DNA of 64,000 bases, from assembly GCF_964213995.1 (NCBI RefSeq), contig NC_135823.1, forward strand, positions 37,510,001 through 37,574,000. Direction: 5' to 3'. Under the pieces are notes generated by a model. The model did no database searches, was not told the DNA's origin, and saw nothing but the letters and a program-made list of their open reading frames with translations. Positions within the stretch are counted from its first letter, which is position 1. Each line of letters starts with the position of its first letter. Both the position numbers and the translations under genes were made by a program. Positions 11,108 through 26,100 of the stretch are shown here, piece by piece. The stretch is from Mustelus asterias. Taxonomy: Eukaryota.

Positions 11108-14100
11108 CTGGAAAGAGAAACATGAATGAATGGAAATCCAACAGTAACAGAAATGAAAAACTTATGTTTATACAACATTCTATGGTTTAGAAAGCACTTC
11201 ATGTAGACTGAATTACTGAAAATACAGCACATAGAACATAGGAAATAGTAGAGAGGGCCAGTCAGCCTCTCAAGCCTGCTCTCCCATACAAGTAGATCAT
11301 GGCTGATCTTCCTCAATGACATTCTTCTGCATTATCCTCATATCTCTTGATATCTTTAACATCTAGAAAGTTTGCAAAGAGCAAGACTCCAAAGACATCG
11401 ATGTGATGAATGACCAGTTACTATGTTCTTTTTGGTATCGAGGGAAGAGGAGTGCTCACTCTTCCTCGTCAATAATGTGGGATCACTTACCTCTATCTGA
11501 ACTAAAATATTTTAAACCAGACCTGTTCAACATCTTAAAGGGGATTTAAAAAATCTTTCTTCCTGACCTCGCTCAGCTGAAATATTGCGCGCACCCACAA
11601 AAAGGAATCTTGACATGCACGATCCTTGGATTGTGCATTGAAAACAAACTTGCATTCTTAGGGGCAATGTTCTTCCTTCCCTCCTCCATTCTACAATACA
11701 ATTTAAAGGATTTTAAAACCCAGACTCAGTTGTCATCCATGTACTGCTTCCCAATTTACTTCAATTCAATCTTCCTGAATCTTATAGTCACTGTTCACTC
11801 CTTCCCATCGCAATGCAGCTGAATTCAGGAGTTGTGGTGGTGGGGAGTGTGTTCCAGCTCAGTCAGTTGTGGCAATTACACACTATTCTGGGAATTAAAT
11901 GATGACAGTTTCAGACGGGCACTGACCATCTAATATGTAATTAATGACGAGGGTTTGGGCTTTCTGAATGCATACATTATTAGAGTGCACCCCCTAGTGA
12001 CTGGTTACAGAATGGCAGAGTTATTCACATGCCTTTGTGGTAATGGGATACAGGGAGGCCAAGAAAAAGGGACGGCAAGTTCCAGATCATGTAGAAATTG
12101 CAATCTTCTGCATTACCCTATCCAATGGCAGTCTCTGTCACAAACCAAATCTCACCACTAACTCCATCTTTTCCCTGGTCACTGTTTGGATACTGGAGTT
12201 CAAACAGACTGCACGCGACCTCCATATTCTATTCCGCCTCCAAGTTAAGCTTCCATATCCTCTCCGACACAATCCCACCCTTTCCTATCTCACGCCATTC
12301 TCATTTCAGTTCATCCACTGCCAAGCATCATTTATGGTTTTGTTCTGCCAGACTCCATTGCTTCTGGCCAGCCTTCTATCTTCCACCCGTTAAAAACATC
12401 AACTTCATAATCACCCGTCACGAGGCACTGACCTCAGTACTCACCATCATGTGATAATCTTCATGTCCTTCAATTGGTTCAGTGATCACATTTTTGATAG
12501 AGCCCATAGGGATTTTTTCTGTCCTCTCTGTCACAAATAAAACAGTCAGACACCACAGAATCTTAAAGTACTGAAGGAAGCGACTGAGTCCAGTGTCGGC
12601 GCAGCACTTTCAAATCTAATCAGCCCCACTTCCCCATTGCCCTCCAATTGGTTCCTTTTCCAATCCTCCAGAGGGTGGCGAAATAAATCAGCCACAATAA
12701 AGTCCACCATAAAAGAAACCAGAGAGAACCCTTCCCTGAGACCTTGCAATTCACATTTATATAACACATATTTGCAGAGGATAAGGCTGAAACATTTGTA
12801 ACCATCGCCAGCCAGGAATGCCAAGTGAATGATCCATCTTAGCCTCCTCCCAGGGCCCCAGCAGCATGGATACCAGTCTTCAGCCAATTCAATTCATTCC
12901 AGATGGTATAAAGAAATGGCTGAAGGTACTGGATACTGCAAAGGCTGGACCCCGACAACATTCCAGCAATAATAAAGGAGATGTGCTCCAGAACTAGCTG
13001 CACCCCGAACCAAGCTCTTCCAGTACAGCTCCAACACTGGCATCTACCCGGCAATGTGGAAAATTGCCCAGGCATGCCCTGTTCACAAAAAGGACAAATC
13101 CAACAGCCAGTTACCACCCATCAGTCTACTCTCCATCAACAAAATGGAAGGTGCTGTGGACAGTGTTATCAAACAAAACTTACTCCGCAATAATCTGCTC
13201 AATGAGGCTCAGTTTGTGTTCGGCCAGGCTCGTTCAGCTCCTCACCTCATTACAGCCTTAGTCCCAAAAAAAGGACAGAAGAGCTGAAGTCAAGAGGGGA
13301 GGCAAGAATGATTGCCCTTGATATAAATGCAGCATTCGACTGATTATGGTACCCAGAATCCTGAACAAAACTGGCCAATGTAAATCAGAGGGAAAAAGCT
13401 CCATTGGTTGGAGTCATACCTAATACAAAGGAAGATGGTTGTGGGAGTTGGAGGTCAATCATTTCAGTGCCAGGACATCACTGCAGGAGTTCCTCAAGAT
13501 AGTGTACCAGACCTAAACATCTTCAGCTGACCTTCCTTTATGTCAAAATGGAAATGTTCGCTGACTATAGCCAAAGTTCCAGCATTAGATGCGACACCTC
13601 TGATACTGAAGCAGCCGTGTCCATATGCAACAAGACCCGGACAACATTCAGGCTTGGGCTGGGAACATTCACAGCACACAAGTGCCAACTAATGACCATC
13701 TCCCACAACAGAGAATTTAATTATCTCTCCATGACATTCAATGGCATTACCATTGCTGAATTCCCCACTAACATCCTGAGGGTTACCATTGACCAGAAAC
13801 TGAACTGAACTAAGCCATATAAATACTGTGGTTGCAAGAGCAGGTCAGACAGAGGCTGGGAATTCTACAGAGTAACTCACTTCCTGATTCACCAAAGCCT
13901 GTCCACCATCTGCAAAGGCACGAGTCAGGAGTGTGATGGAATTCTCTCCATTTGCCTGGATGAGTGCAACTCCAACAATACTCAAGCAGCACCATCCAGG
14001 ACGAAGCAGTACGCTCGATTGGCATCCCACGTGCTACCTTCAACATTTAGTCTTTCCACCACCAATGCATTGCGACAGCAGTGTGTACCATTTGCAAGAG

Positions 14101-17100
14101 GCACTGTAGCAACTCACCAACGCTCCTTCAGCAGCACCAACGAACCCTGCAACCTCTACCACCTAGGAAACACCACCACCACCTGCAAGTTCCCCTCCAA
14201 CCCACACACCATCCTGACTTGGTTCCTTTACTGTCACTGGGTTAAAGTCCTGGAACTTCCTTCCCAACAGCATTCTGAATGTACCTGCACATCAAGGACT
14301 GCTGATGGTTGCTCACCACCATCTTCTGCAAGGTAATAAATGTTGCCCAGCATTGACACACACACACACCCCCAGTGAACGAATGAATTGAAAAGCCTTA
14401 TTACGCCCCTCCCTCAGAGACTGAACAAACAGGTGAACCTGTAATTCCCCATACACGGTGGGTTATAAAGAATGTGACCAACAACTCGAATAACACGTGC
14501 TGCGTGTGTGCTCACCCTTGGTTCCAATCCAGAGCTGATCCTGCTCCAGTTTGAAGGTCAACCTCACTTTTCCACTTGTCTTGTTGTACATGCCAGATAA
14601 CGGTACACTCGGTAAGCGTTCCTACACAGAGGTCAGGGGTCACAAGTTACTAACAGCAGCGAGACAGAATCATGACCTCAGTCAGGGGTCAAAGCAGTGG
14701 ATCACCTGACTTGCGCCATTACTTTTAGAACAAACATTTCAGATTAATTAAGGAATTAAAAATTGCCTTAACCACTTTGACAAATGACTGACAGTATCTT
14801 TAAATAATCTACAAGGACACCGACAGCAAATTTAAACAGTCACATTGATACAGCACAGGCTACCTTGAATCAGAGGAGAAGCACAGCAGGAACCTAGCGA
14901 ACCAGAGTGTTTCATGGAAGCATCAAGGAAGCTACACTTAGTATCTAACCCGTGCTGTACCTGCCTTTGCAGTGCACGATGAAGCAGCTTTGCTCTGCAT
15001 GTGGTCTGAGAGTTGTATTGGGAATAAAAGATCACTGCTGATGGTGGACAAGGTGATTTCTCAGTTAGTGCCTTTGTTCTATTTTCAAAAGCCTTAAACA
15101 AATCAACAGAAACTCACCATCTCACTGAGACTGGGAACATGTGGATTGCAACTTTGCCTCATGGGGTCTTTTGCATCAACTGGTAAAGCAGCTGCTTTAT
15201 GTTTAAAGTGAGAAAAGGCACTTTGACAGTGCAACACTCCCCCAGTACTGCACTGGACAATCAGCCCGGATATCTATGCTCAAGTTTCTGTATTGGGACG
15301 TGAACCCATAATCTTCTGACTCGGAGGCGAGACTGCAATACCCACAGAGTCACAGCTGGCACAGGCAGAGATATCAATGAACCTCCACAAAGCACAGCAC
15401 TGAAGGCAGCCACTTACCTTAACACCTTTAATGGATGGCATGACATCCTCTGGCTTTCCTTTGTCTAATACTTTCCTGTGTTGCTGGGAAAAAAAAAAGA
15501 ACAGCAGTCAAAGAAACTACAGAATCCAGCAACATGTTCAGCAAACTCACTCAACTCCCATCTGAAAATACTGCTCATGTTTCATGAACCATAGCAACAT
15601 CAACATGCAGAACGAGGAAAGGTCCATTTGATCAGTCCCAAAATTCAATAAATTTCACCCTATACTGCCTCAAACAATACCCAAAATTAAAAATTGCTAT
15701 CAAACTCCCTCTCGTGTTCCCCACACTATCTCTCCTGGGTAGTCTGTCCAATTGTTCACCTTTCTCAGAGCAAAACCCATGCTGCGGCCAGAGCTTGTGC
15801 TCTATTGGGGTTCAAAGCCTTCAATAAAAAGTCTTCCCTTGAGCCATCTTTCCACTAGTGTAAACATCCTTGCTGAAAGCAAACAGGTAATGTTTTACTC
15901 AGAGTGCACAAGGAAGGGCAGCTTCACACTGCAGAGTTTAATTTGCAGGGCATTGGATTTTGCTGGGTTCCCTATTCTAATTACTCCCCGCCCATTGCAG
16001 GCAAGGAGGTGGAACACAAAAAAAAGGGCACAATTATGCAGGGGAGGCGATGGCCTAATGGTATTATCGCTAGACTATTAATCCAGAAACTCACTAATGT
16101 TCTGGGGACCCAGGTTCAAATCCCGCCATGGCAGATGGTGGAATTTGAATTCAATAAAAAATATCTGGAATTAAGAACCTACTGATGACCATGAAACAAT
16201 TGTCAGCGAACCCACCTGGTGCACTAATGTCCTTTAGGGAAGAAAATCTGCCATCCTTACCTGGTCTGGCTTACATGTGACTCCAGAGCCACAGCAATGT
16301 GGTTGGACTCTCAACTGCCCTCGGGCAACTAGGGTTGGGCAATAAATGCTGGCTAGCATTTATTAAAGACGGGTGCAAAGTATTCATTCAACACCTCAGT
16401 AACCACACCCTCCACACCCCTCCTACTCCAAAAGCCTCCATGTGTAAATTACCTTGTAGGTCCCTAATAGGCCCCACACCTTCTTTATATGCTTGAACAC
16501 GACTTTGGGATTCCCCTTGACGTTGGCTGCCAGTCTTTTCTCATTTCCCTCTTTGCTTTTCTAATATGTTCTTTCACTTCCTAACAAGATCTGTCATAAG
16601 CACAGCTTTTCTTTACCTTAATTTCTATCTCCTTTTTCATCCAGGAAGCTCTGGATTTGTTTGCTCTACTTTTCCCTTTTAAGGAAATATACTTTGACTG
16701 TGCCCAGACCATTTCTGTTTTGAAGGTAACCTATTGTTCAGCTACAGTTTTCCCTGCCAATCTATCCTGCCCAGCTCCGTTCTTGCCCCACTGAAGTCGG
16801 CCCTCCCCCAATTCATAATTTTTACTCTGCATTGCCTATTATCCTTCTCTATCATCATCCTAGACCATACAACACAATGATCACCATCTCCTAAATGTTC
16901 CCCCACTAACAATTCCCAATAACTAAGTAAATCAGTGCATCCTTTCTTGTTGGACTGGACTCATACTGCTGTAGAAAATTTCCCTGAACATAATCTAGGA
17001 ACTTTTGCCCCCCTCCACCCTTTACACTTCCACTATCCATTTTGGTAATTAAAGTCTCCCATTAAAACTACTCTATAATGTTTGCATCTCTCTAATTTCC

Positions 17101-20100
17101 CTGCAGATTTGTTCTTCTACATCCTTCTCACTAGTTGGCAGGCTATAGGCTACACTGAGCAATGTAATTGCACCTTTTTTATTCCTTAGCTAGAGATAAA
17201 TTGATTCTGGGACATTCACTTTGTCCAGCACTGCAATGGTCTCCTTAACCAATACCACCACGCTCCCACTCTCCTTTTCTTTCCATCTTTCCTGAACACC
17301 TTGTACCTAGAAATATTAACACCCAGTCTTGCTCTTCCTTGAGCTGGGTCTCTCTGACTGCCCACAACATCATATTTCCACAATACAATCTGCGCCTGTA
17401 ACTCCCCAATCTTATTATATTTTATGCATTCACATACATGCACACCAACCCTGATTTAGACACAATTACCTTCCCTTACTCCAACTTCACTTATTAACAT
17501 ACTACTCTCCATACTAGTGCTTTCTGTTCCTCCCAATATTGTGTGTATCCTGGTACTCCTGTCTATTATTTTCTCTTGGCTTCCACACCCCTGCTGAATT
17601 ATTTTCAAGCCCTTGTCAGCACTAGCAAAATATCCCACAAGGAACTCAGTCGCCAGCTCTCTTCAGTTGCAACCCGCCCGATTTATACAGGTGTCATTTC
17701 CCCCAGAGCCAGTCCACTAAGAATCTAAAGCCCTCCCTCCTGCACCATCTTTCTAGCCATGCATTCATCTGCTTTATCCTCTTATTTCTGTACTGACTTT
17801 CACATGGAACAGAATAATCCAGAGATTGCTACATTAGAGGTACTGCTTGCTAATTTTCTGCCTAAATTCTGATTGCGGGACCCCATCCCCCATTTACCCA
17901 AGTCATTGGTACCAACGTGGACCACAGCCTCTGCTTGTTCACCCTCTGTCTTGCAGCCGCTCTGACATTCTCAACCCTGGCACCAAGGAGGCAACATACT
18001 ATCCTGGGGTCACGTCCACAGCCACAAACTGCTCCTCTAGTTAACAGATCCCCTGTCACTATTGCTCTTCCCTGCTTCATCCTCCCCTCCTCTACAGCCC
18101 CCGGGCCTCGATCCCACAAGCAACTGCATGTAAACTGGCAAGAGTCACCACAGTTAGTCAGCTGGGTGGCCAATCCCACTGAGTCTCATCAGATCCACTT
18201 TGTTAGTGGCTGGCGACACAAGGTTGCAAAAGATGGCGGAACCAATGCAACGTAAAAACTCAAAATGTACTCTGGCATGGAGGACGAAATAATTCATTTG
18301 CTTCCCCAAAAGGTTGAGGGTCAACTGAAGTCTTGTTGTGGAAGGGAGTCATGGGAAATTGATCAAAGGTGGGAAATGGAATCAAGTCACAGATCAGACT
18401 GAATGGACATGATGGGCTAAATGGGTTGCCTCCATTGCTCTGGAACAGGTTCAACTTGGCTGAATAATCTCCTGCTCACGTGTTACCCAGAGCTGATTTC
18501 TGCAATCAAGGCCTTACCTTTTGTCGACATAGAGGTTCCTTTTTAGGCTCTTCAGCTTTGGCCTCTTGTTGCACCACCTCCTTTGGTGTGTTGACTGCTA
18601 GAACATCATTAATTGTCGATCCAATCACCATTATTTTTGCACCATTCGTGACTTTAATTTCACGTAAAGTTTTATCTTCTTGGAGCAGACCCTTATACAT
18701 GACTTTCTGCATTGCAGGAGTGAGACCTGACAAGAAGAACAAAAATGTTGATCTTAGTCCAATCCTTGGGGGAGAAAACAAAAATCAGGATTAGATGTTC
18801 ATTACTATTATGGCCAGTGACATGACATCATGTCACATCACATCAATGTCTGTGAAAGTTTAGGATCGACGCAAGTGGGAAAATCTGTGTGAAGTCTCTC
18901 CCTGACCACTCCTACAATGGTTGATCATGATCGTCCTTTTCTTTCCCAAATTGCTCTACATTACTCATCCCCAATAGGAGATGTTCCCGCGATTCCTCAC
19001 TGAGAAACTGTGCAATCAGAAAAGTACATGAGAAGGCAGAGTGCCTTTCCCCTTTATGACACAGATTAGGAATGGGCAAATTCATAATGGGCAACAAAGA
19101 AATGGCTGAAGAACTAAATTTGTCCTTTGCTTCTGTCTTCATAAAGGAAGACATGAACAACATACCAGAAGTTCTGAGAAACAGAAGTTTTAGTGAGGAG
19201 CTGAAGGAAATCAATATTGGTAGAGAAATGGTTTTGGGCAAATTAATGGGATTGAAAGTAGATATCTCTCAAGGGCCCAATAATCTTCATCCCAGAGTAC
19301 TTAAGTGGCCCCAGTATGAGTAGATCCATTGGTGGTCATTTTCCAAAATTCTTTGGTCTCTGGAATGGTTCCTACAGATTGAAGGGTTGCTAACATAAGC
19401 CCGCTATTCAAAAAGGGAGGTAGAGAGAAATTAGGCAACTATAGACCAGTGAGCCTATCGTCAGTAGTCGGGAAGTTGCTAGAGTCCATTATCAAGGATT
19501 TCATAACTCAGCATTTGGAAAGCAGTGATATAATCAGACAATGTCAGCATGGATTCGTGAAAGGGAAATTGTGCTTGACAAATCTACTGGAATTCTTTAA
19601 GGATGCAACTAGCAGAGTTGATCAGGGAGAACTGGTCTATTCAGAACTTCAGAAGGCTTTCGACAAGGTCTCACATAGCAAATTTACTATGGGATTGTGG
19701 GTAGTGGCTTGAGATGGATAGAATGCTGCTTAGCAGATAGGAAGCAAAAAGTTGGAATAAATGGTTCTTTTCCCGATTGGCAGGCAGCGACTAGTGGGGC
19801 ACTGCAGGGATCTGTGCTCGGACCCCAACTGTTCACATTATATATTAGTGATTTGGAAGAGGAACTAAATCTCCAAATCTGCAGATAATTGGGTTGGGAG
19901 ACAGAAAACTACACCAGTGTCAGGGTCGAGCAGAGGAAACCAAAACGCTGTAAATACCAGTTTCCTGCCATTTGAGGAATCACTTCCCCATTTGCAAGAT
20001 ATCTAGCATTCCTAAAACCAATAGGGAATTCAGAACAAAATTCTTCACCCAGAGAATGGTGAGAATGTGGAACTCATTACTGTTTGGTGGAAATAGCATA

Positions 20101-23100
20101 GTTGCGTTTAAAGAGAAGCTGGATGAGGGAGAAAGGAATAGAAGGATATACTTAGGGTGAGGTGGAAGGAGGCTTGTGCGAAGGCAACTAGTACAGACTT
20201 CTTGGGTCAAATGCTGTGTTTCTGAATGCAAATTCTATGTGATTCTACGAAATTCAGGGTGATTGGTGCAGAACAAGAAACTCCAGCATTTCTCCCGGTG
20301 TGCCACGCTTGACCATTGTCCCATTCCTCACACCTAATTAATCCTCAATTGGAAAATACAGCCGGGAAGTTAATATGATCCACCTGTCCCAGTAAAACAC
20401 ACCTGTGAGTGAGTGAATTTTTTCTTTCAAACTGGCTCCTGTACTATCCAGTGGAACTTTCAGATCATATTTGTTTTTGTTCCAAATAACTTTCAGGTCT
20501 ACCATTTCCTTCCCCACATCTGACTCCCCACCGTTGCTGACTGAGGTCTGAGGGATTGCGTTCTCGTTCTCCATTTTCTCGGTCAGTAAGGTTTGAGCGT
20601 CCCCTTCACCGGCAGTCCCACAGGTTGGTTTCTCTTTCTGAACAGTTATGTCTGTGCAAGCCTCTGTTTCCATTCCACCAGTGTCTGCCCCTGCAAATAA
20701 GCATTAAAAGAAAACCCTTTTAAAAGACTAATTATCTGAGGAGCAGGAATTATCATTTATCCAGAAAATATTAAAAATCTTGTGCACGGTAGCACAGTGG
20801 TTAGCACTGCTGCTTCACAGCACCAGGGTCCCGGGTTCGATTCCCGGCTCGGGTCACTGTCTGTGTGGAGTTTGCACATTCTCCTCGTGTCTGCGTGGGT
20901 TTCCTCCGGGTGCTCCGGTTTCCTCCCACATTCCAAAGATGTGCGGGTTAGGTTGATTGGCCAGGTTAAAAAAAAAAAATTGCCCCTTAGAGTCCTGGGA
21001 TGTGTGGATTAGCGGGTAAATATGTGGGGGTAGGGCCTGGGTGGGATTGTGGTCGGTGCAGACTCGATGGGCCGAATGGCCTCCTTCTGCACTGTAGGGT
21101 TTCTATGATTTCTATGATTTCCAACTGCAGAACCTTTTAAAAATTATTTTCATTGATTTTCAAAAAGAGATAGGAACAAACAAAGTACAATAGAATTAAA
21201 CAGCCCCCCCTTCCCCTCAGTAAACAAGGGGAAAAGCTATGCAAAAGAGAAAAGGTTCAAAAATTACTAGTGGTTAATTCTTTAAAGAAACAAAAGGCTG
21301 TCATTTTAAAAACATTTCTCAGTGGATCCTCTTATACTTCACCTTCTCGAAATACAAGACAGACATTTAAGTTTTTTTAACCAGGACAGAGCAGAGGGTG
21401 CATTCTATTAGACTGGACCTCCAGTTTAATAGAATCTGCCTGCTGGCTAATAATGAAGTGAATGCAATGACTTAATCTTAGTAAAATTAGCCAATTTAGA
21501 TGGGACCCCAAATATAGTTATTAAAGGACAAGGTTGCAAGTCAACATTTAGAGCTTTGGAGAGAGTTTCAAAGAAAGATGACCAGAATCAGCCAGCCTTG
21601 GGTATGACCAGAACATGGGGGTATGGTTTGCAGGGGCAAGTGAACACTTCTCGCATTTGTTGCTCGCATTGGGGGAAAAAAAAACTTCTGATTCTGGCCT
21701 TGGTGGAGTGAATTCTATACAAACTTTTAAACTGAATTAAGCTTAACCAAGCACAGGATGATGTGGAGTCGACCTTTATAGAAACCCTACAGTACAGAAA
21801 GAGGCCCTTCGGCCCATCGAGTCTGCACCGACCATATAAAGGGCCTCCTCCCACCAGTTGTCTGCAAAGTCAAACCCAAGCTCAGTTTCCCAATCATTTA
21901 TCATCTTGTGGAGAGGGAAGGGTCCAGAGGACAGCATGGGATCGTACAATCTTGAAATAAAACCTCCACGAGTTTGAGGCAATGATAAAATCCCTTCCAA
22001 TGTGTTTAGAGGTAGTCGAGGAAAGAATGAACAATAACTGTGGACCTGGAAATAGCAGTAAAGACCAGATTAGGGCAAGTTAAATTTGGTTGAATGTTTG
22101 TTAAAACTAGCAAAAGCCCCATCTACAAACAGATCAGTAAACCATTCGAGTCCCCATTCCCTCCATAAGACAAACGGTGAATCAAGTTTGAAAGGCAGAA
22201 ATAAGTGGTTATTGCAAATAAGGCCCAGCAATGGAAGAATGGGAAGTTAAAATATTGATGAAATTGTCCATGTTTTTTAAAGTAGAAATCACAATGGGGC
22301 TTGACATGTATTTTGAGGGACAGAAGGATAGTAGAGCACAAACTAATGCAGGAAGCGAGGATGAGCAGCAGGAAAGTGCTTCCATAAGACACCAGTTTAT
22401 ACTTGGATCGCAACACCATATTAAAATCTTCTGAATATTGGCTGCCTAATATTGTACAATAGGTTAGGTAGGGCAATCCCACCAACCCCCTCTAAAGTAT
22501 CACTCAATGGACTCTAGGCCCAGATAAATGTCGATGTCAGCTTGTTTAATGTGACAAAAATTATTTTGGTTAAAAGAAATGAGAAGACATTGAAAAAGAA
22601 ACAAGAACCTGTGCAGAATGTCCATTTTTATAGATTGAACCTGCCAGCAAAGGAAAGAGGCAAACTATCCCAGCGCTGTAAATTCACCTTAACTTTGGTG
22701 ACCAGGTTCATCCAATAAAGAGAGTCGTAAAAGACTCTGTGATGTTCACACTTGAGTAATGAAAACTAGCAGTAGATATATAACAGCAAAGCTTCTGGGG
22801 GAATCAGTTTGGCAATGGGATAGACTGGAAAACACACTTTTTGCTATTCAATTTATAGCCAGAGAATGAGCTAAAGGTGCTGAGAATATTCATTGTCATC
22901 AATACAGGCAACAGGGTTAGTAATATATAACAGGAAGTTATCAGCATACAATGGTACACAGCTCTCCACACCACTTCAGTGGATAGCCTTTAAGTTATCA
23001 ATACTGCCAAAGGATATGGACAGGGGCTCTATGAAATAAATTTTGAATGAAACCCAAATTTACCCAAAATTGTAAACAGATATTCCCACTCCACCCAGTC

Positions 23101-26100
23101 AAAGGCCTTCTCTGCAGCTAAGAAGACAACGACTTCAGGATCTGCAGTTGAGGAAAGTATAATGTTGAGAAGACAACATAAATTTGGAAAAAGATAGTAA
23201 AGCAGTTTGGTCCTCCAATATTTTCCCAGGAAGACAAGGTTGCATCGGCATGGCAATACTTTAGCCAACAGCCTGATGCCAACATTTAACAGATAGGCCA
23301 ATATGAGCCACACTCAGCAGGGTCCCTGTCCTTTTTGGGTATAAACGAGGTGGAAACTTAGTAGCAGGGAAGCAAGCCGAGAAGAGAACTTTACATAAAA
23401 GTTGATAGGGAAACCACTGGGACCTTGCCACTTTGTATTAACTTCATGCAGCTTATATTCTCCTCCAGATGTAAAGGATTGTCCAGGTTTCTACCCATGT
23501 CCACATCCACAGATGGAATGTCCAAATTATTTAGAAAGTCAGCCATTGCTATATTATCCAACAGGGGTTCAGATTTAGAGGTTGCAGTAAAAAAAAAAAG
23601 AGGCGACGGTTCAATTAATAAAGGGGGTCAGTAGTTAAGGTTATGGGAGGAGTCGTAGACTTGGGAAATAAACTGAGAAGCAGATTGGCGCCCGAGTTGA
23701 TGGGCCAAAAGACAAGCAGTTTTATCCCCATATCCATAAAAAGTCCCCCTTGACCATTGCAACATATACTCGGCTCTACAGAACCTTATTTCTCCTGATG
23801 CTACATTTGTGTTAACATACTTCCATTACAAATTCCTACGTGCCCATTTCTAATGGAAACAGCCCATGTAAGCATGTCACATTGCAATTACATCCTCCCA
23901 CCACTGGTCATGTTGTAGTACTTTGCATCTCCCAGTTATTGAGCTTTTACTGCAGAAAAACTTTCCTGCACCAACTAACTCCTCCATTGCATGCCATATT
24001 ACCAGTTAAATTATAAAAGAACATACAAAAATAAGGACAGAAGTTGCTTGCATTATATCCATGCCCCAGCTTAAAATCCAAGTCACAGTGTTCAATTCTA
24101 TGGGAGATCAAATATTTAACACTTTTCAATCCAAACATTCCACCCCTACTATCTTTCCCAAACAAACTGACAGCAGTCAGTTTTTGTGTAGCAGCATTGG
24201 TTAACAATAATCAGCTGCCAGTCATTAGTGGGTCCAGGATAAAGGTCTCTGACATGCCTTTTCTTCAGCCAAAAAAAAGTCAAAAATTCAACAGATACGA
24301 GAAAAGATCTACAAATACCATCTGTAGCTTCCCACGAAGCTTAAAAATGCAAAGTTTCTTCTCAGGAGTAAATACTAGGCCAATTCACTCTTAATTCAAC
24401 ATATCTTTTGTGCAGTTGTATGCACTCGCCATCTACACAACATCAGTCACAAACTTGTCACTTGTAATTGCAGTAATTTCCTTTCCTTCGATTGCCACCT
24501 TGACATGGAGGAGGGGCTTGAATGTTCCGTTGTTCCTGAGAGCAATACCATCGGGAGTCTTAAAAATCACCTATGATGGTCAGGTCTGAGGGGAGGAACC
24601 AGACAAAACACAATCTAAAACAAGTCCTCAACAGCGGATCAGGCGGAGGATATTCATATGGTATCAACGGCTGTGATGGCAGATGAAGGCTGCAACAATA
24701 GGGAGATCCCCAGTCAGAGGCTTCCTTGCCACCGGATCTACCCTCTATCAAGGACCGGTGTGTCTGCTGATGTGCAAAGACATACCCATGTTAAAAGATG
24801 TCCCACACCAGGCATCTACCTAGAGGAAACCAACACAGGCCCCATACAGACAAGCCCTGTGGCGACCGGTGAGGTGTGACAGGGACAGGGTGATCCGGAA
24901 GTCCCTAACTAGGAAGACCAGTACGTCAGCAGTGGAGTTTGATTCAGTCATTTCTCTCTTGGAACAGGAACAGGAGAGTGTTTCAGCAGCTTTCTTCACC
25001 ACTGAGCAGTCCTCAGGATCCAGTCTGTGCATCTCACATGGGAAAAGGGCCAGAAAATGTGCTCTAAAAATAGTCTGTTTTGTCTATAACCTGACTGGAA
25101 AACTGCATCCAGCAAGCTCATCTACCTGTGGTCGGGAAATCAAAGTTAAACTCAATTTCAGAACCTGGAATGGACAAACAGTCACGGGTAATGAGCAAAA
25201 CAATCGACCAGAACGGAGAACTGCTCTTGTTGCCCGTGAACTCAGGCACTTCAACACTGACATCACTGCCCTGCAAGAGACCCAAAGAGCTGGAGAGGGC
25301 AGCTGATTAGAGATGGTGGTGGTTATATCTTCTTCTGGAGAGGAAAACCTGACAATCAGCACAGGACATCTGGAACTGGATTCTCCATCAAGAACAAACT
25401 CATGAACCGATTCTCGGAGCTCCTTTTCAGCATCACTGAGCCTCATGACCTTCTGTCTACAACTTGCCAAGAACCAGCAGGCAACAGTCATGCGTGCCCC
25501 ATCCCTTGATGCCAAAGATGAGTCCAAAGGAGGCTTCCACTCTCCTTTGGACATCATACTCTTCAACATTTCTAAGGAAGATCAACCTCCTTAGGGACCT
25601 CAACACCAGGGTTGACTCAGTTGGGAAGTGCTATGGAAGACCCTGTCAAAGGTCAGCTGTCCAGAGAAATTCATCAACATCCTCCATGACAACACGTTGG
25701 CGACAGAAATCAGATGGAAACCTTTAAAGTCAAGACTGGAGTCAAGCAGTGATGCACCATCGTCACCACCCTTTTCTCCATCTTCATCACCACCATCCTT
25801 CACCTTGTCAAGAACAAGCTTCCCACGGAGTGAACATTGTCTACAGGATGGACGGAAAACATTTCAACCAAATCCAAGAAGAAAATGACACCAGCATCAC
25901 TTGTGGAACTTCAGTATATGGATGAAATCACCATCTCCGCTCTCAAGAGAATCTCCAAACCATGCTTGAAGCCTTCACAAAAACATACTGAAGAATTGGC
26001 CTCAGCCTCAAGAAGACTCGTCCTTTACCAACCTGCCCCAGGGCAGGATCCAGTCTGTCTCTCCATCAAGATCAATAGAGAAACTCTCCCAAACTTGGAA

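Noticed and set aside
18817-18836. Perfect 9-bp inverted repeat GTGACATGA-CA-TCATGTCAC near UBFD1 exon 3
   Set aside because: A single short palindrome with no convincing snoRNA box arrangement; compatible with chance.
20783-20860. tRNA gene
   Set aside because: The A/B boxes are SINE heads followed by SINE body and tail; no complete cloverleaf. The same applies to 16049, 51965 and 61524.
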